Origin: a virus
Taxonomy: Duplodnaviria; Caudoviricetes
Length of the DNA: 64,000 nucleotides
Direction: 5' to 3' (one strand)
Virus record (IMG/VR): IMGVR_UViG_3300028788_000011
Coordinates: 3,449-67,448 of that record
The translations under genes and the position numbers were made by a program. The notes beneath the pieces are model-generated. The model was not told the origin of the DNA. It searched no databases and was given only the letters and a program-made list of their open reading frames with translations. Positions 17,352-27,280 of this stretch are shown here, piece by piece (positions within the stretch are counted from its first letter, which is position 1; each line of letters begins with the position of its first letter).

Positions 17352-17831
17352 TCACCGCGCTTTCCACATCTTACCGGGAAGGCCCGAGGTTTCTAGCGCG
17401 GCCACGTTCGTCGCGCCGTATGCGATGAAGATGCTGTCAGCATTATTGCCCTTGACAGGAAGCCCGGTTCCGGGGTCGAGGAAAGCGATGCGCCCCTTGT
17501 GGAATAAAATGCCGTCGAAGGTGTCCAGAACAGCCTCATGGAACCACTTCGCGCCAAGGCGCGGCGGGATTAGGGCAATGCCGTTGCCATGTTGCGCTAG
17601 GCGCGCAATCCACACGCGGGCGACCGCGCCGTATGGCGGATTAATCCAAACTCTCCCCGCCCATTCCTGCGATAAGCCGTCGTCCGCAAGCGTGAACCCT
17701 CGTGTCGCCAGTCGCATCGGCGCGTCACAGTTCGCGCAGGGGTCCAAGTCAAAGGTGCCGAGCGCCGAGACCAGCGCCAAAGGCGTCTGCCAATCGTCGC
17801 GGGTGGCTTCTGTCCGTGTCGTGAAACTCAT
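17352..17831 (-). CDS. Phage N6-adenine DNA methyltransferase (Dam-like, lambdoid/T1 type)
   Basis: DDWQTP, FDLDPCA, DGLSQEW, WINPPYG, KGRIAF. Confidence 0.88.
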   Translation of the reverse strand: MSFTTRTEATRDDWQTPLALVSALGTFDLDPCANCDAPMRLATRGFTLADDGLSQEWAGRVWINPPYGAVARVWIARLAQHGNGIALIPPRLGAKWFHEAVLDTFDGILFHKGRIAFLDPGTGLPVKGNNADSIFIAYGATNVAALETSGLPGKMWKAR

Positions 17832-17877
17832 TCGCTCAATCCTTCTTTGAGGTAGTCATCTATATAATTCCCAAAAA

Positions 17878-18309
17878 TTAATTGATTGGTGGAAACCAGT
17901 CGCTGATTATTTTTATTGCGTCATCGGGTGAGGATGCGAAGCCAGCGATGCCGCCGGCCGCGCGGACGTTGTCAATGAATGTGATTTGCTCGGGTCGGCG
18001 CCGTCCGCCGCCAGTGCGCTTGACTTCGACTGCGGTGAAGACTGCGATGCGCGCGCCGACCATCTCGGGTGTGATTGTGATGGAGTGCCATCCGATGAGA
18101 TCACTGGAGCCTGCCAACGGCGTGTTGTCGGGCTTGCTGAACCCGAGCGCGATCGGGCGCCCGAACGGGACAATGGCCGCGCCGTCGCTGCGCTTAGTGA
18201 CCTTGCCGCCGCCGCTCGCCCACGCCATGCCGGTGTTGAGGCGGAACAGCGTGGTCGTGCGGGCGACGGCGAGCCAGATCGTGCGGAGGATTGGGGTTTC
18301 GCGTGTCAT
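17878..18309 (-). CDS. VRR-NUC domain nuclease
   Basis: GSSDLIG...AVEVK...RPEQ...FIDNVRAAGGIAG. Confidence 0.88.
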   Translation of the reverse strand: MTRETPILRTIWLAVARTTTLFRLNTGMAWASGGGKVTKRSDGAAIVPFGRPIALGFSKPDNTPLAGSSDLIGWHSITITPEMVGARIAVFTAVEVKRTGGGRRRPEQITFIDNVRAAGGIAGFASSPDDAIKIISDWFPPIN

Positions 18310-19412
18310 TCACATAACCCATAGGAGGAAGAGCATTTATTTGGTTCATGCAATTCTGTCAAAAGTGAAAACTGCTTGCCGCCGCGCGTTGTTTTCGACC
18401 ACTTGACAATCGAATAGATGTTGTGGTCTGCGGCATAGGCTTTCTCGTCATTGACTACTTCGCCACGACTTGGGGCCGGGAAGAAGGTTGCGGCTTGGCG
18501 CTTGCTGCAAGCCGCAACCTTTTGTTCCCATTCATTGACCTTCTCGATGTGATCGGGAAATCGCAGTGCAATTTCCTTAATCTCGCCCTTGCTGGCATTG
18601 ATGCACGGCATGCACCCGACGCGGCCCATGCCGCACTTGTACAAGGGGTTCGGATCGATCCCCTTGGAATCCGCGTAAGTGAAGGTGTCTTCGGCAGTCC
18701 ATTCGACAATCGGCCGAAACACGTACATGTGATCGTCAAGGCGCTCGAATTTCTTGGCATTTGCCCGATTCAACGACTCGTCGCGGCGCACGCCTTGCCA
18801 ACTCACGACCGTATGACCCTGCGCGATCAAGTCCAACTGGTAGGAAACCGCCATGTCGCGCTTCAAGTGTTCAGTGCAGAACTGCGCCTTGCGGCTTGGG
18901 AAGCGTCCTTTCCACATGCACAGATCGAGAAATGGAATACCGGTCGGGTGTAGCGCTGCCAGCGCCCTTCTCTTCGCCTTGTTGGACCAGCGCACACGCC
19001 GGCCCCCGCCAACTTTGACCATCTTTTGCACCGGCACAAGGACATCGACACCATCGTGCTTCGCCTTCTTGGTGACGATATTTCCGCGTCCATCGCGTTT
19101 TGGAACCGGCGTCGTTCCGTCCGCCTCGAAAACCGGCTTGGTGTCATATTCGCGCCGGGTGCGCTTGTCGCGCGCGATGAAAAAGCGCTTTGCCGCAATC
19201 TCCGCGTCGAAATTGGCTTTCAGGACGACGATCCTCACCCCAGTTGCTTTCTCCAGATAGAGGCGGTGCTGAAACACAAGTTCATGCTCGTTGCCGGTAT
19301 CGCATAGGATGCCGCGCACCCTTGATGCGCCAAAGCGCTCGACGGCCAGCAGCAGGGTTGCAACGCTATCCTTGCCAGTTGAACATGAGACGACGTGGAT
19401 GATACCCATCAT
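18306..19412 (-). CDS. PAPS-reductase-family (PP-loop) protein
   Basis: SCSTGKDS PP-loop, DTGNEH, QFCTEHLK, QGVRRDES, NPLY...RVGCMPC. Confidence 0.88.
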   Translation of the reverse strand: MMGIIHVVSCSTGKDSVATLLLAVERFGASRVRGILCDTGNEHELVFQHRLYLEKATGVRIVVLKANFDAEIAAKRFFIARDKRTRREYDTKPVFEADGTTPVPKRDGRGNIVTKKAKHDGVDVLVPVQKMVKVGGGRRVRWSNKAKRRALAALHPTGIPFLDLCMWKGRFPSRKAQFCTEHLKRDMAVSYQLDLIAQGHTVVSWQGVRRDESLNRANAKKFERLDDHMYVFRPIVEWTAEDTFTYADSKGIDPNPLYKCGMGRVGCMPCINASKGEIKEIALRFPDHIEKVNEWEQKVAACSKRQAATFFPAPSRGEVVNDEKAYAADHNIYSIVKWSKTTRGGKQFSLLTELHEPNKCSSSYGLCE

Positions 19413-19954
19413 GCTGCACTCATTGACTCAAGTCGAACCAGCGCATCCCACATCCGCAAACTCGCCAACCGCGCGAGGTCGATCGCAGATTCTGCACTAA
19501 TTTTTTCAGCGTCTTTGTTTGGCTTCGACTTGCGCTCGACGGTACACCACTCGCGATCACAGTCTTTGTGCAAAAGAATGACTCCGCATGCTGGCGACGG
19601 CAAATCGGCAACCATTTCTGGCTTCCAGATGCTGGCAGGCATCGCAAAATAGTGCTTCCAGACCTTGCGCGGGAACTCGCGCTTGCGGCGGAGTTCATGG
19701 CTTGCATCTGAACGCCAAGGCCCATCAACTCCATAATCCCACGAGTGATACCATTTGTCCTTGAACTGATCGCGCCTGAAATCGGCGCGGCTGACTTTGA
19801 TCTCGATGTCGATGATTCGCAGGTTCTCGGTAACGAGTAGAAGATCGCATTCGCTTCCTGCCCAGTATGTCTCGGGAACGATCAGCAAGCCCTTGCGCTG
19901 GAATGTGTGCTGGACCAGGTAGCGCATGATCCACGCCGAGTTCATGGCCGCCAT
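19409..19954 (-). CDS. MmcB-like PD-(D/E)xK nuclease-fold protein
   Basis: ECDLL...DIEIKVSRADF...HYFAMP; start reassigned to ATG 19954 just after the ssb stop. Confidence 0.7.
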   Translation of the reverse strand: MAAMNSAWIMRYLVQHTFQRKGLLIVPETYWAGSECDLLLVTENLRIIDIEIKVSRADFRRDQFKDKWYHSWDYGVDGPWRSDASHELRRKREFPRKVWKHYFAMPASIWKPEMVADLPSPACGVILLHKDCDREWCTVERKSKPNKDAEKISAESAIDLARLASLRMWDALVRLESMSAA

Positions 19955-19955
19955 A

Positions 19956-20363
19956 TCAAAACGGCGCATCCGACTTAGCTGCTGGTGCCTGTGCTGGCGC
20001 AGCGGTATGCGCTGTTTGCGTTGCATCAGCAGGCTTCCCGCCAAGCATCTGCATGTTGTCCGCCATGATCTCGGTAATCGAATACTCGATTTCGTTTTTG
20101 ATGTACTTGCGCGTCTCAAGCCGTCCCTCGACGTATATCTGTCCACCTTTCTTCAGGTATTGCCCAGCAATTTCAGCAAGTTTCCCTTTGAAGATGATGC
20201 GATGCCATTCTGTCTTGGACTTCTTCTCACCAGACCCCTTATCCTTCCACGACTCAGTTGTCGCCACGCTGGCAACTGTAATGGAATCGCCATTCGGCAT
20301 TGTCTTCATATCGGGATCGCGACCGAGTGTACCGATTACCTGCATTTTATTGAGTGATGCCAT
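19956..20363 (-). CDS. ssb: Single-stranded DNA-binding protein
   Basis: LNKMQVIGTLGRDP, TEWHRI, YLKKGGQIYVEGRL, C-terminal DAPF. Confidence 0.95.
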   Translation of the reverse strand: MASLNKMQVIGTLGRDPDMKTMPNGDSITVASVATTESWKDKGSGEKKSKTEWHRIIFKGKLAEIAGQYLKKGGQIYVEGRLETRKYIKNEIEYSITEIMADNMQMLGGKPADATQTAHTAAPAQAPAAKSDAPF

Positions 20364-22864
20364 TATGCCCTCTGTTTGCGTGAATTAAAAGTGTGCCAAG
20401 CCCAACCCGATGAATATCCTTTTTGCGCAGCGTATGCCTGAAGCTGCTCAAGTGTCCGCGCCTGTGCGATCTCGCGCCTGCGCGAGATCTGCGCCAGCTT
20501 GACCATGTCGTCGGTGATCTGCCCAAGCGTGCCGTCGACCACTTCTGCCTCTTTGCGGCCAGCGACAGGCATCTCGTGGCCGCATGCGGGACAGCATGGT
20601 TCTGGTTCGAAGACGTAGTAGCAGTTAGGGCACTGCGACAACTTGATTTCGTTGGTTGCTTGTTTCTTTTTTCCCTTCTTGCGGCCTTCGAGTGTCCATT
20701 CGCGGTCGGTGCAGGGAAGTCCGTGCTTTGGCACGAATTTTCCTTCTAGGATAGTGCCGACATTGCCAACGTGATCCAGCGCGAACGCTGGGCTATCAGT
20801 TCCATCTGGTCGCATAATGCGCCCGATCATCTGCAGAAACATCGTCAGCGTTCCTACGTGCCTGAGCATGATGCAGCATTTGAGTGCTGGCACGTCAAAT
20901 CCCTCCGACACAAGGTCGACCACACAAATACCCTGTATCACTCCAGATGTGATCTCACGCACAACCTGATCGCGTTCAGCCTCCTTCATGCGCGGCGCGC
21001 CGACAAGCAACTTGAATTTGTATCCGGCCTGGCAGAACTGTTCAACGACGTGTTCAGCGTGATCTATGCGTGCGCAGAACACGACAGCGCGAACTCCAGG
21101 GCAGATCGCAGTATAGTGCTCAACAGCGTCACCTGTAATGACACGCTTATCCACTAATGCCGCAACCTCGTCGACATTGAGTTCACCGTCTTTGTTCGGT
21201 TTTAGCTTGGAGAAGTCGGGAATGACCTTGCCGGCGTACACAACGGGATTGATCAGCATTCCCCGCTCGATCAGCAACGACACCGGTGGACCAGTCACCA
21301 ATGATTTGAAGATACCGCCATGATCGACGCCCATACCAATACCGTCACCGCGCGCCGGCGTGGCGGTCACGCCCAGCGTGTTTTTTGCCGCCAACAGCGC
21401 AAAGACCTTCCCCCACTTATTGTTTTTTGTGACATGGTGGGCTTCATCGAACACGACCAGGTCGAATTTGAATTTACCTGGCGTTTTCTTGAGCCGGATC
21501 AGCAACGTATCTACGCTCGCGACCTGAATCTTATGGTGCGGATTCGGCGTGAAGTGCGGACTGATCATGCCGTGCTGAATGCCGAGGTTGTGCAGCGCGC
21601 GGCTGGCCTGCATCAGCAATTCGTTGCGGTGAACAATGATGATTGTTGAGTTGCCCTTGGCGGATGCGTTGGCGGCGATGTAGCTGAACGTGTAGGTGTT
21701 GTGCGTGACCGTGAAATCGCCGAGCATGAAAAGGTGATCACCATCGATCTCGAAGCCGTAGTAGTCGCCTTCACCGATTGGTTCAACATTGATGCCAGTG
21801 ACAAGAACACTTTTCTTTTGCTGGCGTGGCGATGCAATACGGCGTGCTACTCTACACGGAATTATATCGACATCGCCATTGATATTTAAACGATAATAAG
21901 TACCAGAAAATCCAGTGCTTTTTATGCCTTTTTCACATTGCATAACATAGGATGATAAACCAAGCGATCGCGCCAAATATGCAACATCATCGGCAAGACG
22001 TCGCTCTTTGAAAATCAAATCATAGGTACCATTCGAAAGATATCCATCGGTATCAACGATGCCAGCCAATATTTCAAGTCTTACTTCGCGAGAATTACAT
22101 TTGTAATCGTCTGGAACATGTTTGTTTCCACGCAAATGATAAAAATCAAGCGCATTAGCCATTCTGTTTGGATGATTACCACGGCCACGGCCATCTTCTG
22201 GATAAGAAACTATTCGATAAGTTGGACAAGATTTTGTAAACTCAGTTTCCACACGCATTTTGTGTGAAATTGCATATTCGCAAATTGCGTCAACAACTTC
22301 AAAATCAGCAGTGCTGATATGTGGAAATTTATTTGTCCCATCTCCAAGCCAAAGGCCGAGCATATATGGTGGTAAATGCTCATGAACATCACGTGGTTGA
22401 AATTCAATTCCGGTACGCCATCCTTTGGCGACATGCTTGAATGTTTTTGAAGATTTTAGATAATCAAGAACTGAGATGTTGCAAACTTCATCGCCGCCAT
22501 ACATCAACCCATCACCAGCAGTTACCGGGCTTCCACCACTGATTTTTAGACTTAGAATATGGCTTTCATTGACGATGTATGGATCACCTTTTACTGGTGT
22601 CACACGGTAAAGATTCTCGCGGCCACGCGCAAGCGATTGAACGGTACGCGCCTTGCTATCTGGACCAATGAGTAGGTCGCCAACAACAATATTCTCGACT
22701 GGTTTGACCGTTCCATCGTATAGCAAAACAGGCGTCCCACGCCCCAAGCACTTCCCTGCCCCGGTCGGCATCTGAAACAATACCGGTTGCAACTTCGACT
22801 TGAACGCGGCACGAATATCTGTCACTGCCACATCCTGATAATCCCGCAACACAATTGCTGCCAT
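20363..22864 (-). CDS. SF2 DEAH-box helicase containing an intein
   Basis: LRDYQ, PTGAGK|T, DEAHH, TATP, QMIGRIMR, C-terminal CPNC...CPAC. Confidence 0.92.
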   Translation of the reverse strand: MAAIVLRDYQDVAVTDIRAAFKSKLQPVLFQMPTGAGKCLGRGTPVLLYDGTVKPVENIVVGDLLIGPDSKARTVQSLARGRENLYRVTPVKGDPYIVNESHILSLKISGGSPVTAGDGLMYGGDEVCNISVLDYLKSSKTFKHVAKGWRTGIEFQPRDVHEHLPPYMLGLWLGDGTNKFPHISTADFEVVDAICEYAISHKMRVETEFTKSCPTYRIVSYPEDGRGRGNHPNRMANALDFYHLRGNKHVPDDYKCNSREVRLEILAGIVDTDGYLSNGTYDLIFKERRLADDVAYLARSLGLSSYVMQCEKGIKSTGFSGTYYRLNINGDVDIIPCRVARRIASPRQQKKSVLVTGINVEPIGEGDYYGFEIDGDHLFMLGDFTVTHNTYTFSYIAANASAKGNSTIIIVHRNELLMQASRALHNLGIQHGMISPHFTPNPHHKIQVASVDTLLIRLKKTPGKFKFDLVVFDEAHHVTKNNKWGKVFALLAAKNTLGVTATPARGDGIGMGVDHGGIFKSLVTGPPVSLLIERGMLINPVVYAGKVIPDFSKLKPNKDGELNVDEVAALVDKRVITGDAVEHYTAICPGVRAVVFCARIDHAEHVVEQFCQAGYKFKLLVGAPRMKEAERDQVVREITSGVIQGICVVDLVSEGFDVPALKCCIMLRHVGTLTMFLQMIGRIMRPDGTDSPAFALDHVGNVGTILEGKFVPKHGLPCTDREWTLEGRKKGKKKQATNEIKLSQCPNCYYVFEPEPCCPACGHEMPVAGRKEAEVVDGTLGQITDDMVKLAQISRRREIAQARTLEQLQAYAAQKGYSSGWAWHTFNSRKQRA
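21698..22750 (-). mobile_element. 351-aa intein with LAGLIDADG homing endonuclease
   Basis: Starts CLGRGT, ends VTHN followed by Thr; LGLWLGDG and LAGIVDTDG blocks; markedly more AT-rich than its flanks. Confidence 0.93.
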
Positions 22865-22915
22865 AATATCTCCCTGCGCGGCACAAAATTCTATTCCGCA
22901 CAAAACAATTTCAGT

Positions 22916-23179
22916 TTATTTTTTCGAAGCCGCCACCCGAGCCCGCACGGCATTGTCCTCGGCATCCTGCTTCCGCTTGGCGTCGATCATATCCTGCATC
23001 TCATCAAGGAGTCTGATCGTTTTCGGCGGTGTCTTGCGCCAGCGATCCGGCGTGGCGCGGCTAATGCCAGTCTGGCGACAGATCGATGTCAACGTCACGC
23101 CGACAGTCACGCCGTCAGCGATAATTGCATCTAGCGCTTCAGTAAAAACCATCGAAAACTTCTTTTTTGGTTGCTCCAC
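22916..23179 (-). CDS. Cro-like HTH regulator
   Basis: LTSICRQTGISRATPDRWRK HTH; first gene of the leftward unit at a divergent promoter region. Confidence 0.7.
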   Translation of the reverse strand: MEQPKKKFSMVFTEALDAIIADGVTVGVTLTSICRQTGISRATPDRWRKTPPKTIRLLDEMQDMIDAKRKQDAEDNAVRARVAASKK

Positions 23180-23246
23180 ACAAACTCCTTATTTTGTTGA
23201 AGTGTACTATATTTCATCGTGAATAGCAAAATTTGATTAAGAATAC

Positions 23247-23275
23247 TTGCGAATTACTCAAATTTGATATACAGT
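23247..23275 (+). promoter_or_regulatory. Sigma70-like promoter TTGCGA-N17-TACAGT
   Basis: Correct spacing, upstream of the recombination operon; flanked by AAATTTGAT boxes. Confidence 0.65.
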
Positions 23276-23305
23276 GAAGTCACTTTAACGTCACGCGGAT
23301 GGAAT

Positions 23306-24151
23306 ATGCAAATTGAAAATGTGGTCAAGACAGTGCCGTTGCATGGGCTTGTCCAGATGACTAACGATGAATACCACGGCGCTCCCGGTGTCTCCAAGAC
23401 GCACCTGGACTGCATCGCCACGCAATCGGAGTTGCACTACTGGGCGAAGTATCTGGACCCGGATCGCGATATCAAACCGTCCACGCCGGCGCAACTGTTC
23501 GGGCAGGCGTGCCACATCGCCATCTTGGAGCCTGACAGCGTGGCGTCCAACGTGGTCTGCGGTCTTGAAATCGCACGCCGTAGCAACGCCGACAAGGAAG
23601 AATGGGCGGCATTCGAGGCCGAACACGCAGACAAGATCATCGTACCCAGCGAGCAGTATTCCGATATGCTGCGGTTGCGCGATGCCGTCTACCGGCATCC
23701 GATGGCATCGGCGTTGTTGCGCGATGGCGTTGTCGAGCAATCGTTTTTTGTCAATGACAGCGAAACCGGGGAACTGATCAAGTGCCGGACCGACTTCATG
23801 CAGAATGGTGGGGGCATGATCGTGGATCTGAAGAGTACCGATGACGCATCGCCGGTTGGATTCGGCAAGTCGGCGGCAAACTATAGGTACGATATCCAGG
23901 TAAGCTGGTACTTTGACGTGTTCGATCAACTCTATGGCGAGCACCCAGAGTCGTGGGTATTCCTGGCGTTTGAAAAAGAATGGCCTTACGCGATCGGCAT
24001 CTATTACGCCACGCCAGAACAGATCGCGCGCGCTTATGCCGCCGCACGCAGGGATTTCCTGCGCATTGTCGCCGCCAAGCGCGCCAACCACTTTCCCGAC
24101 TACGGGTTTGAGATTCAACAACTGGAGTTGCCGGGATGGATGCGTCGGTAA
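23306..24151 (+). CDS. RecE-like exonuclease (PD-(D/E)xK, DUF3799/ExoVIII-like)
   Basis: EYHGAPGVSKTHLD, GQACHIAILEP, KCRTD, VDLKST, YRYDIQVSWY. Confidence 0.88.
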   Translation: MQIENVVKTVPLHGLVQMTNDEYHGAPGVSKTHLDCIATQSELHYWAKYLDPDRDIKPSTPAQLFGQACHIAILEPDSVASNVVCGLEIARRSNADKEEWAAFEAEHADKIIVPSEQYSDMLRLRDAVYRHPMASALLRDGVVEQSFFVNDSETGELIKCRTDFMQNGGGMIVDLKSTDDASPVGFGKSAANYRYDIQVSWYFDVFDQLYGEHPESWVFLAFEKEWPYAIGIYYATPEQIARAYAAARRDFLRIVAAKRANHFPDYGFEIQQLELPGWMRR

Positions 24152-24177
24152 CTTTCACTCACACAGAGAAAATTCAA

Positions 24178-24798
24178 ATGGAAAATGTGACATTGGAAAC
24201 AAACAGAAACGAGACAAATAAATTCACAGTCGAAGAACGTGATGAATGTTTCATTATATTCGGCACGGTTTCTTTGCGGGCAATGCCAAATGTCCTAAAA
24301 CTTGCGGGCGACGATGCGATTTTGTCGCCGGATATTGCTCGCATGCTCGGTGCCAACTTCGCATTCGGGACGAAAACATGTGTTGACGCATTGTTGGCTA
24401 AAATAAAGCCGCTTGCTGATGCTGGCATGATCGCTAAATATTCATCCACGCTTTCCGACGCAGCATGTCGATGGCTTGCTAGTGGCGAGCGTGGCGCTAG
24501 CAGCGATACAATGTTCACGCATCTGACTGGAGTCGACGCCGGCGGTGGTGATCACTTCCCATGGGACCCTGCTGATTTTCGGCGTTGCCTGCTTTTGCTG
24601 GAACAAGTCCCAGAATTAAGAGACCAGTTGCCAAAAATGGCGACGGTTTCCACTGAATGGGCTGGGTTGGTTCGTGACTGGTCCAAAATTTCTGCTGCGT
24701 TCCTGATCGAGTGCAAGAACATCCTCAATCCGAAACCTGGGTCGCAAGCACCGAATACCTACAACCTGATAAAAATAGCCATTGGACAGAAAAAATGA
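24178..24798 (+). CDS. Hypothetical phage protein
   Basis: C-terminal PWDPADFRRCLLLLEQVPE motif common in phage proteins. Confidence 0.7.
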   Translation: MENVTLETNRNETNKFTVEERDECFIIFGTVSLRAMPNVLKLAGDDAILSPDIARMLGANFAFGTKTCVDALLAKIKPLADAGMIAKYSSTLSDAACRWLASGERGASSDTMFTHLTGVDAGGGDHFPWDPADFRRCLLLLEQVPELRDQLPKMATVSTEWAGLVRDWSKISAAFLIECKNILNPKPGSQAPNTYNLIKIAIGQKK

Positions 24799-26123
24799 AA
24801 ATCAACCACATCAAAATCAGCAACATCCTCGGCATCGAAGAACTCGAATTCGATGCCGGTGCGTTCACCGTCATCGAGGGCACGAACGGTTGCGGAAAGA
24901 CCAGTGTTCTCGAAGCCATCAAGGCCGCACTACGCCCAGGCCACGACGCCACGCTGCTGCGTAACGGTGCCGCCGCTGGCGAGATCGTGTTTGTGCTGGA
25001 GGATGGCAGCAGCATCCAGCGCCGCGTCAGTGGCGCAACCACCAGTACGGACGTGCGTGGGGCAGATGGCAAGAAGGTTGCGCGACCTGCCGAAGCAATT
25101 GCACGCTTGGCCGACATGTTGTCGGTAAACCCGGTCGAATTCCTGACCGCACGCAAGCAAGACCGCGTGAAAGTTCTACTGGAGGCGATGCCGCTCGAAC
25201 TCGATGTGGATAAATTATCCAAGTTGGCTGGCGTTCCGGTTAAGGCTGCACCAGGTCTACATGCGCTCCACGTTATCGACACCGTGCGCCAGCGCGTCTA
25301 CGAAGACCGGACGAGCACAAACCGCGCCGTCAAGGAAAAGGAAGGCACGATCAACCAGATCCAGTTAGCGATGCCTGATAGTGTTGGCGGCGTCATGGGC
25401 GATGACGAAGACGGGCTTGAAACAGCTATCGCCGTCGAGCGCGATAAGCTCGCTACGACAATGCGCAAGATCGACGCAAAGATGACAGGAATACGCGAAG
25501 CCGCTGCGAAGCGCATCGCCGAAATCGACGAAAAACTTCAGGATGATATCGAAGCATTGCGCGCCACCGCGACTATGGAAAAAGACGCTATCAAACTCGA
25601 TACAGGTACCAACGCCGCCAAAGCCGAGACAGCGCGCACAAATGCTGCAACATCTTGCAATGCCGCGCAGGAACCGCTCAAGATAGCATTATCCAACATC
25701 AAGCAAAATCGTATGGCGGCCGCAAAGCGCGAGCAGGCGCTAGATACCATCGCGGCAATGCAAACGGAATTGACCGACCTGCAAGCAGACGCCGACAAGC
25801 AGACCGCCGCGTTGGCAGCCATAGATGCCTACAAAACGGAATTGTTGGAAAACTTGCCAATTCCTGATATCGAAGTCCGCGAAGGCGAAATCTACAAAGA
25901 CGGCGTCCCGCTGGACCGGCTAAATACCGCCGCCCAGGTCGGCATCGCCGTCGAAGTCGCCAAGTTGCGAGCGGGGACGCTTGGGGCTGTATGCGTCGAC
26001 CGCATTGAAAGCCTAGATGCCGCCACGTTCGCCGAGTTCAAGCGCGCCATGGCGAAGACCAGTTTGCAATTGTTCGTATCGCGCGTGACCGATGGCGAAT
26101 TTTCCGTGACGAGCGAAGATTAA
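24795..26123 (+). CDS. SMC/Rad50-like coiled-coil ABC ATPase
   Basis: GTNGCGKTS Walker A, long coiled coil, LNTAAQ signature-like motif, VCVDRIESLD Walker B/D-loop. Confidence 0.85.
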   Translation: MKINHIKISNILGIEELEFDAGAFTVIEGTNGCGKTSVLEAIKAALRPGHDATLLRNGAAAGEIVFVLEDGSSIQRRVSGATTSTDVRGADGKKVARPAEAIARLADMLSVNPVEFLTARKQDRVKVLLEAMPLELDVDKLSKLAGVPVKAAPGLHALHVIDTVRQRVYEDRTSTNRAVKEKEGTINQIQLAMPDSVGGVMGDDEDGLETAIAVERDKLATTMRKIDAKMTGIREAAAKRIAEIDEKLQDDIEALRATATMEKDAIKLDTGTNAAKAETARTNAATSCNAAQEPLKIALSNIKQNRMAAAKREQALDTIAAMQTELTDLQADADKQTAALAAIDAYKTELLENLPIPDIEVREGEIYKDGVPLDRLNTAAQVGIAVEVAKLRAGTLGAVCVDRIESLDAATFAEFKRAMAKTSLQLFVSRVTDGEFSVTSED

Positions 26124-26178
26124 TCAATTATAATCAATTTCACACCCGCACCGAGCGGGATTTATTTTGGAGATCCAC

Positions 26179-27222
26179 ATGGCAAACGAAGTCGTAACAA
26201 CCGATCAGAATAGAGACAGTCCGTTCAACCGCAACATGGTGCCGACCAGCATCAACGCCGGTGCAGTTGCAATCGAATCCGAACGCGCCATCGCAGAAGC
26301 GCAGGGGCAGATGACGCTGGCCAAGCGATTTCCGCGCAGCGTCGTGGCAGCCATCGAAGAATTCAAGGAATCGTGCCGGTCACCGGACTTTGCCGCCGTG
26401 GCATTCTATGCCGTATCAAACCGCGGTAGCGGTCCCTCGATTCGTTTTGCCGAGGAAGCAGCACGCTGCTACGGAAATATGCAGTATGGGCATCGTGAAC
26501 TGAGCCGTAGTGCTGGCAAAAGCGAAGTCGAGGTGTTCGCATGGGACATGGAAAAGAACAATCACAGTCGGCGCCAGATCGCTATCATGCATATCCTGGA
26601 CACAAAGGAAGGCCCGCGCGCGATCACGAGCCAAAACGATATCGACAACCGGATCGGGAACGTTGCTGCGCGCATCATGCGCGGACGCATCCTGGCGCTG
26701 ATGCCAAAACATCTTGTCGCGATCGGTATCGCCGAATGCAAGCGCACACTTGCCGGCGACAACGAGAAGCCGCTCAGTGACCGGCTGTTGGCAATGTCGA
26801 ATGCGTTCAAGAAGCAGGGCGTCTCTGCGGCGATGCTGGCAAAATTCCTTGGGCATCAAGTCGACGATACCACAGCCGATGAACTGGTTGACCTGACAGG
26901 AATTTACAACGCGATCAAGGATGGTGCCAAGGCATCGACCTATTTCAACAACGAGGAAGACGGCGAAAAGAAAGATAGTCCGGCCAAGACTGCCATTGCG
27001 GCTGCGATTGCCAAAACCGCTGGCACCCCTACTGGGCAACCGGAATCTGCTGGCGATGCAGTGTCGACAACTGCCTCTGCACCAACACCTAAAAAGGCTG
27101 CTGTCGTGAAGAAGACCGCGCCAGCGCCGACCCCAGAACCGGAACCTGACCAACAACCAGAACCGCCTCCAGCAGACGACCAAGGCGATGCCCAGGGCGG
27201 CGACAGCGACGAAGTATTCTGA
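26179..27222 (+). CDS. Putative recombination / single-strand-annealing protein with acidic Pro-rich tail
   Basis: AKRFPRS...GPSIRFAEEAARCYGN family motif; sits with RecE-like and SMC-like genes. Confidence 0.65.
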   Translation: MANEVVTTDQNRDSPFNRNMVPTSINAGAVAIESERAIAEAQGQMTLAKRFPRSVVAAIEEFKESCRSPDFAAVAFYAVSNRGSGPSIRFAEEAARCYGNMQYGHRELSRSAGKSEVEVFAWDMEKNNHSRRQIAIMHILDTKEGPRAITSQNDIDNRIGNVAARIMRGRILALMPKHLVAIGIAECKRTLAGDNEKPLSDRLLAMSNAFKKQGVSAAMLAKFLGHQVDDTTADELVDLTGIYNAIKDGAKASTYFNNEEDGEKKDSPAKTAIAAAIAKTAGTPTGQPESAGDAVSTTASAPTPKKAAVVKKTAPAPTPEPEPDQQPEPPPADDQGDAQGGDSDEVF

Positions 27223-27280
27223 TCAACCCAGCAGGCTGGGCGACCAGCCGATAAGGAATCCATTTGACGTCCTCGCCGCC

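Noticed and set aside
19955-20146. Longer N-terminus for 19409..20146
   Set aside because: Overlaps ssb in another frame; ATG 19954 follows the ssb stop
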